NCBI GenBank assembly: GCA_023213395.1
Contig: CM041465.1
Location: forward strand, 126,797,741-126,861,740
Direction: 5' to 3'
Length of the DNA stretch: 64,000 nt
DNA from: Cycas panzhihuaensis
Lineage: Eukaryota; Plantae; Cycadophyta
In this document: one piece after another, positions 24,807-39,500 of the stretch
Position numbering within the stretch: the first letter of the stretch is position 1
Layout of the letters: each line of letters begins with the position of its first letter
Position numbers and translations under genes: made by a program
Notes under the pieces: generated by a model
Database searches by the model: none
Told to the model about the DNA's origin: nothing
Seen by the model: only the letters and a program-made list of their open reading frames with translations

Positions 24807-27800
24807 ATGGCCTTTAGCTTTGAAAATATAATAATTCCTAAATTTGATTAAAATAACTTTCTAAATTAGAGTAGGAAGATGAGACCCATCCTCATAGTTA
24901 ACAATATGTGGGAGATTGTGAAAATAGGATATAGTGAGTTAGGACAAAATGTAACTAATGTAGAAAAGACCACTTATAAAGAAAATATCAAAAAGGAAAA
25001 TGAAGCCCTCGCACTCATATTTTGTGCATTAGAGGACTATGTTTTCCCTCGTATTAGCGAATCAACCAAATTAAAAGAAGCATGAGACAAACTCGAACTA
25101 ATCTATGAAGGAGTTACTTCCTCTAAGCTCTAAAACCTTAGAAGCAAGTTTAAGAATTTGAGAATAATACCTATAGAATCAGTAACTGAGTTTATGACCA
25201 ACGTTCAAGATATAGTCAACCAAATTAGGTCCCTTGGGGATGCTTTGATAGAACAACGAGTGGTTAAAAGAATATTAAGATGTGTTGGTGCTATTAGAAG
25301 ATTTGAAATAGTTGTAATAAGCATAAGGGTGTCAAAGGACCTAAGTACAATACAAGTAGAGCAACTAAGTGCTATGCTAATGCTGATTAAAGAATGATAG
25401 AATGTCAATGAATTTCTTGAGTATGCCTTTGCCACTAAGACTAGAATTCAATCAAACTCTCAAGCAGAAACTTCAAGATCTAGGGAATCACCTCCCAAGA
25501 TAAGGGATCAAAACCCTAGAAGGGATGTAAGATAAGACCCTCCTAAGTACCAAGCCCCACATCAAAGGAGGTAAGGAGGAAATCAACAAAATGTGAACCC
25601 TCATAAGTACCCAAACCAAGGAAAATAATCTGAGGGATATGCATGCTGTCTAAATTATCAAGGGAATGCTCAATCCTCAAGGTTAAATTAGGACTACTAT
25701 GATAACTGACAAAGGGAAAATCCACCCCTACATTATAAGGAAAATGAGAAACCTTCCAACATTGATAGATCTCATCCAAGAAGTAGAAGTTTGAGCTATG
25801 GAAGGAGAGATCCTTTATATTGTTCATATTATCATAGAAGTGGTTATTCAGAAGATAAGTACTTTTCCAAACATAGGCCACCCACCAAAGGGAGTGCCTA
25901 TAATATAATAAAATCAAGGGACAATAATAGATTATTTTTATCCAGCTTCACTACCAAGGAAGAAGAGGACGACAATTGGTATATTGACTCAGGTTGTTCA
26001 ACCCACATGAATTACAAGGAACACCTATTTCAAACATTGGATAAAAGCAAGAAGGGATTTATAATATTTGGCAATGATACCTCACACAAATTGGTTGGTA
26101 GAGGTAATATAGCCCTCATGACAGATGTAGAAAAATATAAACATCTTAATGATGTCTTGTATGTCCTACCTTTAAAGAAAAAATTATTATCTATAGGGCA
26201 GATGATAGGGGTAAGACTATAAGGTTATATTTGACAATGGTAAGTGTGTAATCAAAGATAAAAGAAAAAATAAAGTTGTAGTTACAAAAGGAAAGATGAC
26301 CAAAGATCGATTATTCAAACTCATTCTTACTCCTTCAGATACCTATGCCCTAAAAACTATAGCTAAAGTGGATAGTAAATTGTGGCATAATAGATTTAGC
26401 AATCTTAACTATAATAGTTTGGCCCTTATGAAAAGAATGGATATGGTAAATGGATTACCACATATTGAAATAGACAAAGACTTATGTAAATGATGCCTTC
26501 TTGGTAAACATCATAGGGAACGTTTTCCATACTTCAGTCATTGGGCATCAGGTCCACTTCAACTACTATATACTAATATCTGCGGTCAAATGAATATCCC
26601 CTCACTAGTAGGAGCTCGATACTTCATCACATTCATAGATGATTTCACAAAAAAGACATGGGTATTTTTCCTCAAATTCAAATTAGACACATTTCAACAT
26701 TTTTTTGACTTCAAAACCTTTGTGGAGTGACAAAGTAGATATAAGTTACTTTCCCTAAGATCATATAATGGGGGAGAATTTATCTCTAATGAATTCAAGG
26801 CTTATTGTATTCACGATGACATTAGAAAATAACTCATTAGTCCCTATATCCCATAGTAAAATGGTGTAGCAGAGAGAAAGAATCAAGCAGTAGTCAAAAT
26901 GGCTAGGTGCATGTTAAAGGATAAGAATTTGGGATATGAATTTTGGGTTGAAGTAGTACATACAAATGTTTATCTACTTAATAAGTGCTCCACCAAAGCC
27001 CTTAGGTGGAAGATTCCTTAAGAAGCTTGGACTAGCTACAAACGAAGCATACATCACCTTAGAGTTTTTGGATGCTTAGCATATTCTTATGTTCTTGATC
27101 AAAGGAGATCTAAATTATATGATGATAGCATCAAATGTATATTCCTTAGCTATAGTAAAACCTCTAATTCATACAAAGTTTATGACCTTAATTCAAAAAG
27201 GGTCATGTTAAGTAGAGATGTTAAATTCCAAGAGGATGCCTATTATCAAGATATTCAAGAAAAGCATAAAGAAGTTATAATCAAGTTTAATAAATTGTCC
27301 AAATCCAAGTATGTACCTCCTATGTTTGACTCTAGAAGAGTCATCAATGAACCTAGTGGGGAGGTAACTTTCTCTCAACCTCTACCACAAAGTCTTTTAA
27401 AATGGATTCAGTGAAATCAGACTTAGGCAACATATTGGACAATAATCATAGATCCATACACCCACATAGGGTTAATTTTGCCTTCATGAGCAAAGCATTG
27501 GAAACTCATGAGTCTCAAACCTTTGATGAGTCCAATAAATATGCATCTTAGCGAAAGACAATGGAAGATGATTACCATTCCATTGTTAACAATGACACTT
27601 GGGAGTTAGTCAATTTACCTCTAAATAAAAAGGCTATTGGCACTAAATGGGTCTACAAAACCAAGTTTTATTTAGATGGATCTATTAATAAATACAAGGC
27701 TAGATTGGTTCCTAAGGGTTATACCCAAAAAGAAGGCATTGATTACAATGAAACTTTTTCCCTTGTTGCTCGGATGGAAACAATTAGAATGATGAGGAGC

Positions 27801-29040
27801 TTAGTTGCCCAAATGGGTTAGAAAGTCTACCAAATGGACGTTAAAAGTGCCTTCCTTAATAGCTATATCAAAGAGGATATTTATGTCGCCCAACCCCTTA
27901 ATTTTGAAGTTAGGGTGGCAGAAAACAAAGTGCATAAACTTAAAAAGACACTTTATGGATTAAAACAAGTACCCAGGGCCTGGTATTCCCACATAGACAA
28001 ATACTTTAGAGATCAAGGTTTTGAAAGATCTCAAGAAGATCCTAATCTTTATATTCAAATCAAGGGAGACTCAATCCTAATAGTAGGACTTTATGTGGAT
28101 GACCTTATATATATTGGAAATGACTCCCACTTATTATAACAATTTAAGGATGTTATGTGTAAAGAATATGAGATGACATATTTAGGGCTAATTCATTACT
28201 TCCTAAGCTTAGAAGTATGGCAAGACAAGAAGGGTATTTTTATTTCCCAATAGAAATATACCCTAGATTTATTACAAAAGTTTAGGATGATTAACTGTAA
28301 ACCTTTGGCAACTTTAGTACAAATTGGAATCAAGCTCTCTAAGTCAGATGATTCTATATCAGTCAACCCTATGCTCTACAAATAACTAATCAAAAGCTTG
28401 ATATATTTGATATCCACTCAACCTAATATAACACACTTAGTTGGTATTGTGTCTAGATTTATGTAAGATCTAAAGACCATCCATTAGCAAACAACAAAAG
28501 GAATTCTCTATTATCTCAAAGGAACTTTAGAGTATGGGTTATATTACAAAGCTTCATCAAAATTTTAGTTGATAGGTTATATAGACTCAGATTAGGTAAG
28601 AGACATTAATGATAGGAAATCCACAGCAGGTTATATGTTTAGTATGGGATCAACAACTATAGCATGGCGTACTAAGAAACAAAACACATTTTCCCTATCT
28701 ACAACTAATGTAGAGTACAAAGCACTGGTTGCAAGCGCATGTGAATCAGTTTGGTTGAGAAGACTACTACAAGATTTTTGGCTAAAACAAAAATGTGCCA
28801 TAAGAATTTGGTATGATAATCATAGTATTATTTAGATGGAAAAGAATTTAGTTTTTCATGGTAGAACGAAACACATTAAGACTCAATATCACTTTATTCG
28901 TGAACTAGTTCAAGCAAAAGAAATTGAATTGGCCTATTGTAGCACTGAAGACCAAGTAGCAAGTATCTTCACAAAGACATTAGGCAAAGTTAAATTCTAG
29001 AAATTCAGAGACAGTTTGAGAGTTATTCACATTCGGTATT
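24807..29040 (+). pseudogene. Copia gag-pol polyprotein pseudogene
   Basis: MAFSFENIIIPKFD..; WYIDSGCSTHM; LWHNRFSNLN; [33 protein letters not shown]; MDVKSAFLN; YVDDL; RTKHIKTQYHFIRELV. Confidence 0.95.
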
Positions 29041-29051
29041 ATGAGGGAGAA

Positions 29052-29413
29052 TATTGGGATAATACCTAATGCACGTTTTCTACCATGCACCTAGGGCCCC
29101 TCAAAGCCACCTTTGGGCCTTCTTAGGGCACCTTAGACCACACAACAACTGCCACAAGCCACCTAAGATGTTAACAGACTATTATTAAGGTATGTGTATA
29201 TTTATTACTTTTATTTTTTAATACTAATTTGAATTATTGGTAAGTCAGGTTGAGGTGCTTGTCACGTCCCTAAAATCTCTTATAAAAGGGGTGGGAATAC
29301 CTCCCTGGTGTTTTTTAACACTGCCCTCGATTCAATCTAAATTATTAACTCAAAATAAGCTACAATACACTCGCTAAGTTAATCATCATTATTTACACCT
29401 CACACATCCTTCA
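29052..29413 (+). repeat. 3' LTR of copia C
   Basis: Follows the PPT; direct repeat of the 5' LTR; ends cttca. Confidence 0.95.
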
Positions 29414-31169
29414 GAATCTACCTATGTTAATCTTTGGATTTAGAAAAGAGCATCCTTTTGAAAGGGCATGCAATACTATCCTCTATGTATTCAAGTTTTG
29501 ATAAAACTTATGATTATATCAGAAGATCATTTTACTAGTTGGGGTACAAATCTAACATTCAACACTTCATTGTATCTTTTGATATTTGCCAATGACAAAA
29601 AGTAGAGGTAGTAAAACTTCCTAGTTAACTTCAGCCATTTCTAATTCTAGGTCATAAATGGACATATATTAATATGGATTTTATTATAAGACTACCTAAA
29701 TCTATAAGTAAAGATACTATTTTGGTTATTACGGATGGCCTAATAAAATATGCATATTTTATTCCACTATATAATACAATATCTATAATTTAAATTGGTG
29801 AGTTATTTATGAATACAATCCATTGCCTCCATGGGTTTCCTCAAATAATTGTTAATAATCGAGACCCAAAGTTTATAAGTAAATTCTGGTCTAAATTATT
29901 TTAACTAGTAGGGACCTAACTGAATTTGAGTATGCCCCACCATCTATAAATGAATGGACAAATTGAGTCTATCAACAAATCTCTTGAAGGATATTTTCAT
30001 TGCTTTGTAACAGATAACTAATCGCAATAGGTATAATGGGTACACTTTACTGAGTATTGATATAATACTTCATTCATTTAGTAATCAAGATGTCTCCCTT
30101 CCTAGAACTTTATTGTTACCAATCTTTAGACATTAATTCCTTTCTCTAGAAAATAATAAAAGCAACAATAATTAAAGAAATCTAGCAATAAACTTTAGAT
30201 CTTCTTTAGGCTCTCAAAGATAAACTATAACTAGCTTAAAATTATATGAAGAAACAAGTTGATACCCATCATTATGCAAGAGAATTTAACATTGGTGATT
30301 AGGTTTTTTTTCACCTATAACCTTATAAATAGTCATCATTCAAGTCTTATAGTAAATTGGTTCTATCGCTTATGTTTTGGATATATATATGCTCAAATTT
30401 ATAATATTTTTCATGTTTCTAACCTCAAACCCAAAACTAACTCCTTGGTCATAACACTGATAGCATTACCTATACTTGATGAAGAAGGTCAACTTGTCTT
30501 AAGTCCAAAAGGAAGTTTAGATGCTTGTATAAGATAATTATGAAGATGGATAATAAAGGAGTATCTAATAAAATGGTAGTCACTTTCACATCATGATCCC
30601 ACTTGGGAAAGTGAAGACATCCTCCAACTATTCATTAACCTTCCCATGTTTTAAGGGAAAAACATTTCAAAATAGGAGGCACTTTTTAAAAACCTTACAA
30701 CTTATTATAATAATAATAATTCTAAAGTACACATTTAATAGACATGACCTAAGGTTTTGACTTATCTAAAGAGTATGTCATTGATATTTATATGGTTGTG
30801 CAATAGTATACATTCATTATCATTCTATTAAAATCAATATATATTTCCTATAGATCTAATAATCACTTACTGTATGTTTAGTTCTAGTAATGGAAGTGAG
30901 ATCCACTATAACCCTTGTGCACTTCACTAATTTGTGTAATCATGATGTTACTTACTATCTTTGCCTAATCTAGTAAAAACTCCCCTTTTAAACATTTTAA
31001 AATTATGAATACATGACTTAATGCTAGTTAAGAATTATCACTATAACCAAACACCCGTGATATGAGAGATATTTAAAGCTTAAAATCATCCTTAACGAAT
31101 TCTAATTTAAGTTCCCACTTTTTCATATTTTTTTTTTAGGCTTAATATTCTATTTCCTGATATACATCT

Positions 31170-32030
31170 CCAACTCCTTATTTATTCATAGTTGACTGCA
31201 ACTTGTTAATATTGAAGGGTATCATTAGATGAGGAAGATGAAAAATCCTCCTAATATTCTCTGGGTTTTGAATTGCCATTAGTTGGTTATTAGATACCAT
31301 AATTAGCTTAGATTTAGGAATCAAACAATAGGCTAACATTCCAGTTGACTTAGGGCATGCAAACATCTTTGGCACAAAGTTAATTTTGGCTAGACTGCAT
31401 TATCACATTGGCCCTACCTTTTCTATTACTTTGAAATAAAACCTATCATTCCTACCATTCAAATTCACTTCAGTGTCTTTGACAATTAGCATCTTTACAA
31501 GACTTCTAATTCTCTAAGCTTTACTATTTAACTTAATTGATAGTGAATAATATAGGAAATTATTGAAATTCATTTACCATCACTTTCTTGCATGTAATTA
31601 ATTATTGCTTTATTTGCACCCTTGACTTGTTAGAAATCCTCCATTTCATTTAGTATTAGAACAACTAAACAATAAATGTGAGAGGTTTATATAACTATTT
31701 AATTTAGTTTGCATCATATTATATGTGTTATACTATTATCTAATTTGTTCATTATTAACTCATGCATGTCAAAAGATAATTAGATCTTATTATGCCATTT
31801 ATATGTATGTCCTATATGTAAATTAAAAATTAATGCCAATGTTTTGATTAAAGCTCTTGAGCACAAGAATGGAAATCACATTTTATAATCCATCATTTTA
31901 CTAGTGTTCAAATTGTTGAATGCCAATCCCATATTCATATCTCTTATAAAGTCTCTTCTCTTATGTGATTGAGTTTTATATGATACATCCTTTCGTTCAT
32001 TTTCTTTTACATTATTTATGTAAATACCTT
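31170..32030 (-). pseudogene. Degraded gypsy-like gag C-terminus and protease; 31590-32030 has a diverged copy at 34798-35222
   Basis: Protease-like LIPKSKLIMVSNNQ..VKDTEVNLNG; ~430-bp direct repeat (ttagaaatcctcc..aactcatgcatgtca..tatatgtaaattaaaaattaatgc). Confidence 0.5.
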
Positions 32031-33346
32031 TTGTGTAAGGGATTAGTGATACAAATTGATTGGTAAATTAACTTTGTCTATTATAGACTAGTTTTACACT
32101 CTTTGAATGAAACTATACTCATGCTTCCAAGTATACTAAGAACCTAGAGATTTGAATTAATTTGTGCTACCTTAATTTGACCCACTAGATTCATACTGAA
32201 AGGTAATGCCTTCATCCTAGGAATTAACCATATTACTTGTTGCATAATACTTGTAATTATGACTTATTTTGGTTCCACCTAGTGAGTCTCTATAAAAAAT
32301 GAAGTTATACATATATAAGAATGTTACAATGTAAATTTATAGATTTGGGAGAGCAACACTGTAGAAATATAAGTTTGATATACATCATTAAGATCGATGA
32401 AGCATTCATGAAAATCCTTTCCAAATTCATTGTCTCATTATTTAACCAAGAAAAGGGATTTCTCTTCTATTCCAAAAGGACATGTGACATGAAAGTTGCT
32501 TATACTTATATCCATCAATTATTGGAATAAGTGGATTAAATCTTAGGACAACTAGTAAAACTAGTTAAGAATATTACCTTATAGCATCCTTAGGAAAAGT
32601 CTTATTAATAAATAGTCATTAGGCATTATTGCATATTTAATGATCCCTTGAGTACAATCTAATATATCTTAATAAGACATATAATCTGCTCTTTTAGGGA
32701 GGTATGATACAAGACACAATACAAAAATGCCTAGGTAGAGATAACACTTGATCAAGTTTTCTGAACCTTCTCAAGTTAATACTGGGAAGAGCTATCATTA
32801 AATCCTTCTTCTTATTAAGTCTACATATATAGCCACTACCTTATTCTACTTTGACTAAAACAATATCCAAGGACTATAATTGATATAAAAGTAATCTTAG
32901 TATTTAACTACGGAGCATTGACTCTATACTAAAATCACTCTATACTAATTGATATATAGAAAGTTGGTATAAGAATTATATAGAAGACTTGAACTAAGTC
33001 ACCCTTTATGGCCAAAAAATCTCAAGTTATGAATAAGTAAAACTTAGTTACTAGATTTCATGAAAGACAATAAGAAACACTCATCATCAATGATAATCTA
33101 ACATGAAAAACATAGAATACATTACCTATTTCATCAATAGTTTTTTCTCAAATCATTAGACAATGCTTAACAAAATAAGTACAAAATAATTACCTCAAAC
33201 TTTGATATTCAAATGGCACAAGTTCAATAAAATAATAATGGAATGAGCATGATTGTATTATCTAACATAATCATTTTGGTATAAAATTATTACCAATCAA
33301 GAAATAATCTAATGCCTTTTAGTCGCAAAAAGACACTTACCAATGG

Positions 33347-33439
33347 TAGCTATTAGTGTTGTGGCAGTGCAATTATCATTCTCCTCAGTTGGCAAATATA
33401 GCTATTAGGGTTGTGGCAGTGCAATTATTGTTCTCCTCA
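33347..33439. repeat. Two-copy tandem duplication, ~51-bp period
   Basis: tagctattag.gttgtggcagtgcaattat..ttctcctca occurs twice. Confidence 0.85.
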
Positions 33440-33539
33440 AATCTAGTGCAAGAGTTAAGAATGCTTAATTAAGACATAGGAAAGGAGTAAGTTATCAATA
33501 TCATATCCAACTATAGTTTGTCTACTTATTCTAACACAT

Positions 33540-34780
33540 ATTAAGGAAAAGATATTTAGATATTTTGACTACCTTAACACTCTATTTATTCCTTAATCAA
33601 CTATGAAAGAAGTTTTACCAACTTTTGTTTTCATCTTTACATGCGTAATTTGTATAATCATTGGTCTTATCAAATCTAAATGCCCTTATAACTTGGATAT
33701 CTAATCTCTAATACTATTAAACCTTTAATCTTGATACTTGAGTAAGTTTTTAATGGAAACTTTTTGTGTTATCTAATTCTAAATACTTGTGGCCCATTCC
33801 TCAACCTCACCTATTATAGTTAAATTAATCCAATATTTTTTCTTTGTTGATTCTTCACCTATGACCTTAAGGAATTTTCGTTTGTCTAGGATAATGCTTT
33901 AACCCAATGAAGAGGAGATAAGAAATGAGATAGTTGAAATCATTTGTCTTAAAATAGTATCTAAACTATCTTCAAGCTCTTATATTTTATTCATTACCTC
34001 CTTACTCCTATCTATTCCTATTTCTAAGACACATTTCCATTTTGAGATAAAATGTGCATGATCTTCTTTACTCTTATCTTTACTTACTGCCATTTTATTC
34101 TTAAATTTAAGGAAAGCCCCCTTAGGTTATAACTCCATTGAATATATTTCTTCTAGTTTGTAAGTTTCTACCATTAGCATCTAAATCTTATTATGCAAGG
34201 AACAAACTTGATAAAAAAAACTCTATATATGAGGCCTTAAAAACTTATCCTCATTAAGGATTTTTTCTACATGCCTTTAAATGTACTTTACAAATTCAAC
34301 AACAACTACTAAAGCATTAATTAACTCTTTTATTTCAAGTCCCATTGTTTTGCTTGATGTATCCTTAATAAGTTCTTACCAAGCATTTTATAATGAGCTT
34401 AGTTTCTGATTTAATATTAGATTCTCTTCCTTTATGGTGGCATTTTCTTTCATCACTTATTGTAGTTGAGCTTGTAAATTTAAAACCTTATCTTTTATAA
34501 TTTGGCCAATGGCCAAATGTAAATCCATATATTCAATTGCAACATCTTCTTCTAAATACTAAGTAAATGATTCTACTACTTTCCTTTTCCTCACTACTAT
34601 TTTCTTTAGGGTCTTTTCCTACTTGTTACACTGATAGAACCTATTCTTAACTTTCTTATCGAATGGAAAGGCTAAAGTAAGGGTCAATTCTAATTTTCTA
34701 TCTTAATGTCTAGTTGCTACCATAGGTCCAATTCTATTACTAGCCCCTTACCTATTTTGGTTTAGATAAACTCCTCTTTG
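33540..34780 (-). repeat. Dispersed repeat carrying a decayed unknown ORF (copy 1)
   Basis: Collinear with 51700-52930 and partly with 62200-62440. Confidence 0.8.
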
Positions 34781-36121
34781 TTTACTATACTTTTCTTACA
34801 TGTAATTTGATTATTACTTCTTGTTATCCCTAACTTATTAGAAATCCTCCAAGCTATTCACTATTGGAATAATGAAATAGTAAATACAAGAGCTTGGTAT
34901 AATTGTTCAATTTAGTTTCCATTATGTTGCATGTGTTATGCTACTATCTGATTTGTTCATTATCAACTCATGCATGTCAGAAATCAATTGGATCTTATTA
35001 TACCACTTAATTGTATGGGCTATATGTAAATTAAAAATTAATGCTAATGATTTGATGAAACCCCTCCAATTGCATTTAATAACCCTTCATTTTATGAGTT
35101 CTCAAATTGTTAAACTTCTATTTTATGTTTATCTTTTGAATGAACACCTCTCATGTAATTGTGTTTTATATGGTACATCCTTTCTTTTGTTTTTCTTTTA
35201 TATTATTTCTACAAATACCTTCAACACAAAATAAGTCTCTCAAAAATTTGATATACACTCTAGAATAATTATTTGGTTGGTCTCTTAGCTGAGGATTTGG
35301 TGTGGAGAGCATAAATTATTATAAATGACCTAAGAGAGGTTGTCTTATTAAAGAGTCACAATCCAATAATGGGAAGAGAAGGGATCATGATGGGAAAGGT
35401 GTCACAAATATAAAATCACTCTAATACTATAAGAAATATAACCAAAATAATATCAAATAAGTGAATAAATAAAAAAATAACAAAACTAAATAACCATATT
35501 AATACCTAGATCATAAACAATATCATGAGATACATTTATTTTTAATTTTTCAAAACATTAAATACTACATAATATGCTATACAAGATGTCATCTTATGTA
35601 CTATTGATGTCCTTATATAGTAAACTTTATCTTTAGTATGGGGCCCACCATATTTTAGTGTGTTATAAATAAATGTGCATTAGTAATTATGTCCATATTT
35701 TTCTCTAATATTTTAATATTATAATACTCCCCCTTAATTTATATTTTGGTACATAAATATTCCTTTGAATTTTTAATTTTTTATTCTTAGAAATTTCTTA
35801 AAAATGGCATTTGGTACTTAGTTTTCAATTTGATCTTAATCTTTAACTTGTCTTTGTTGTATTGCCTCTTGAATGTAGTGATAATATTTAATGTCAATGT
35901 GCTTTATTTTGTCTTGTAATACTAGGTTCTTTATCAGTTGTATAGTAATCTCAAAATTATATTAAACCTCTATTGGTTCAATCACGTAAACTATTTGATA
36001 TAGGTCTTCAAGTATCTTTGTTAGATAAATTATTTTAGGAGCATCTATTTTAGCTTCTATGTATTCTACTTTATCTTGATCACTCTAGATCATAGGAATA
36101 TCTCTTAGATTGGACTCAATC

Positions 36122-36511
36122 TGAGAAAACTTTTTCAGGATCTAAATACTATGTGCATCCATAAAAATGTAATGCAAACTATTGAAATAATGAAATAATC
36201 AAGTTAAAATGAGTACAACTGAGATATATAAATGTTTATGAGTGAATTTATCACACCATAAGATTCTAATCTAGTAGAGCTTCTAGGTTATAAATGATTC
36301 AATATATAAACTATAGGGCAAATGCACAATATATAGATAATCTACCCATATTTACAAAGATTTAATTGGCTGACATATTGGCACAAGTGACAGATCTAAC
36401 TACTATTTATAATATGATTAAATTACAAATGAGTTACACCTAATAATATACAAATATACAAATGTACATGCATATTACATGGTAATGAAGGTGACATTAT
36501 AAGCTCTAACA
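36122..36511 (-). repeat. 3' LTR of copia D
   Basis: Direct repeat of 50209-50562 with ~36 bp extra. Confidence 0.95.
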
Positions 36512-39500
36512 TCCTCCCTTAATGATAACTTGATTACATTTGATGTTAAGTCATGTCGATGTGAAGATGTTTACAACCTAGTCCTCAATTAGATGGTAAA
36601 TGAGATCAACTTCTTCATTTTGGACATGTTCACGGATGAAGTGATGTCAGACCTCTATATGCTTGGTTCTAGTATGAAAGATTATATTCCTTATCATCTT
36701 TAATATACTCTAGTTATCATAGTAAAGAGTGGTAGGTGCAATTTGTTGAAGACCAAGCTCAATAAGAATCCTTCTGAGCCAAATCAACTTTATAGTGGCA
36801 TGAACAACTACTTTGTATTCAACTTTAGTAGAGGAAAGAGCAACATTTGGTTGCTTCTTACAGCTCCAAGAGATTGTAACTGAATTCATGTCAAAATAAT
36901 ATCTTCAAATTGAATGGAAAGCGTCTTGGCAACTTGCCTAGTCAACATCCATATGTCCTTTCAGATAAGAGACTTAGTTTGGTTATAATCAAGTCCAAAC
37001 TAATGTGTGTCATGAATGTATTTAAGTATCTTGGTTATAGCTTTCTAGTGGGATGCTTTGGTCTTTGACATATACCTGGAATATATCCCTACCGCATAAG
37101 AGATGTTTGGTCGAGTGTAGGTGAGGTAGATGAGACTCCCAACTAATTGCTAATTCAAGATGGGATCAAATCACTTCCCTTGCTTGTCTAGGTTTAGCTT
37201 GGTTCCTATTTCCATGGGAATTGATGCTAGCTTGCAATCTTTCATCCTAAATCTTTGCAAGAGTTCATTGGTATATTTTGATTAAGGTAGGAAGTTATGG
37301 CCTAGTTCCTACCAAACTTCAATTCCAAGGAAATAATAAAGCAACCTAAGATTTGTCATCTTAAAGTTATTTTTTAGTTCTAACTATAGCCAAGATATGC
37401 TTTTGATGTCATTGCCTATGATTGCTAGATCATCTACATAAAGAATAATGATGATGATCAAGTTTTCTCTAACTTGTATATATAAGTCTGCATCAAAAGG
37501 TGAATGTTAGAATCCATACTGAGCGAGAAAGGTGTCAATCTTTACAAACCACATATACAGTCCTACTTTAGTTCATATAAGGCTTTCTTGAGCTTATAAA
37601 CAAGTGTTATTTGCTTATAACAATATAACTGAGAGGTTGCTTCAAGGAAACCTCTTATATGAGCTCTCCATTAAGGAAAGCACCCTTCACATCCATTTGG
37701 TAGACCAACCAATTGAATTGGGCTACTAGTGACATTACTAAATGGAATGTGGGCATGTTAGCTACCAGTGCAAAGGTCTCATCATAGTATACCCCTTCTT
37801 GTTATTTGAAACCTTTTGTAACAAGATGAGCTTTGTGATGCTTGACTGTGCTATCTGCATAGAATTTGGTTTTATACAACTATATACAATTAATGGCCTT
37901 TTCCCAAGTGGTAATTCTATCAGCTTCTAAGTTTTATTTTTAAGGATGGAGTTCATCTCTTCATTCATGGCTACTTTCTATGTTTGGTCTTTGAGTGCCT
38001 CCTCAAATATGGAAGGCTTAGGAGTTTTTAAGACATATGGCATTAGAGAAAAATTGGTAAAGTGTCTTATCTTTAATGGCCTTTTAACAACTGTGGGAGG
38101 AGGAGGAGAATCATTTAACACTTATTGAACCCACTTGGGAGGTGGCTAAATGTTGGCAGCTTCTACCTATAGGTCATCAACTGAAATAGGTGGCATAGTT
38201 GTGCTTACTTTTATTGTAGAAGTGGAGACTACTAGAATTGATGAAGGACCTAATGTGTAGGAGGAGATAGGTATTGGTGGCTCTAGAATGGATGTAAGAG
38301 GCACTTGAGGTGCACCAACTTCTTCTTTTACTATAAACTAAATTTAAGAGGAATTCAAGTCCTATGTATCTTCTGCAAAAATAATATCTCTAGTTGTGTT
38401 TTCTTAGTTTCTAACAATGTTGAACACCTTGTAGGCTTTGCAACCAGGTACATAGCCAAGGAAGATACACTTAAGGCTTTTATTATCAAGATACTTTCTA
38501 TTCTCCTTTGGAACAAGTTTGTATGCCATGCATCCAAACATTTTTAAATGTGTAACAGTTGGTTTAAATCCTAATCATGTTTCCTTAGGAGTGATATTCT
38601 TAACTGCTATAGTGGGACTCCTGTTGGTTAGGTATATAGTAGTCATAATTACATTAATCCAAAATCTAGTGACAAGGTTGGTAGTACTTAACATGGATTT
38701 TCCTTTATTCACTAAAGTTTAGTTCATTCTCTCAGTTATATTATTTTATTATGGTGTGCGAGGTGCTAAAAATTTATATTTGATGTCATGTTCCTTATAG
38801 AAATTAATGAATTGGTTTGAGATGTATTCATCACCATTATTAGATCTTAGTATCTTGATGGTCACGCCACTCTCATTTTCTACATTAACTTTGAACTCCT
38901 TAAATTTATCTAGGGCTTGGTACTTATTTCTCAAGAAGTAAACCCATAATTTCCTGGAATAATCATTTTTAAATATCATTAAATACAAGCTACCATTAAG
39001 TGATTGTACTAGCATTAGCCTATAAATATCTAAGTAGACCAACTCCAATGGTTAGAAGGCTCTCCATATATTCTTAGATGGGAAATTTTCTCTTTATTAC
39101 TTTCCTATAAGATATGCCTCACAAATACTACTATATCTCTTGATCTTAGGCAAGCCATGTACCATATGAAGCCTCAACAAGAGGTTCAAACTCTGCATAT
39201 TAAGTGACCTAGGCATTAATACCATAATTAGTCTCTGGCACTATTGGAGGTAGATGGTTTATTTGAGTAGGAGCATTGACCTGGTTCTTAAACAGAAGGT
39301 TGGCCCTCTACTATGATCTCCTTACCCTTGTCAATTTGGGTACTTAAGGCCATTAAGCAGGATTCTGTTAGTGGGTTATTAGCTATAGAGGGATACTATT
39401 AAGCTTATATAAACCATTTTCTTCATGTCTTACTACTATAATTTATCTAGTTGTATCATCCATAATGGTGTAAATGCCTTGACTAAAGAGGACATCTAAG

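Larger units (their letters stand above)
21273..29413 (+). mobile_element. Full-length degenerate Ty1/copia element C (8.1 kb) with a ~3.2 kb leader
   Basis: Paired LTRs, PBS tggtatcaaag at 21636, PPT gagggagaa 29043-29051, decayed TSD aaatt/gaatc, complete gag-PR-INT-RT-RH order. Confidence 0.95.
20007..30680 (+). mobile_element. Chromoviral Ty3/gypsy pol remnant (RT-RH 20007-21272; INT-chromodomain 29414-30680), split by copia C
   Basis: ICVDYQA..PVPRMDDIIDELCGATFFSKIDL; FVMVLFDDILVY; RH TYNKEMLAILHAL; INT WTYINMDFIIRLPKS, IVNNRDPKF; chromodomain KEYLIKW*SLSHHDPTWES. The frame LLCKGQI|YL continues across the insertion. Confidence 0.9.
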
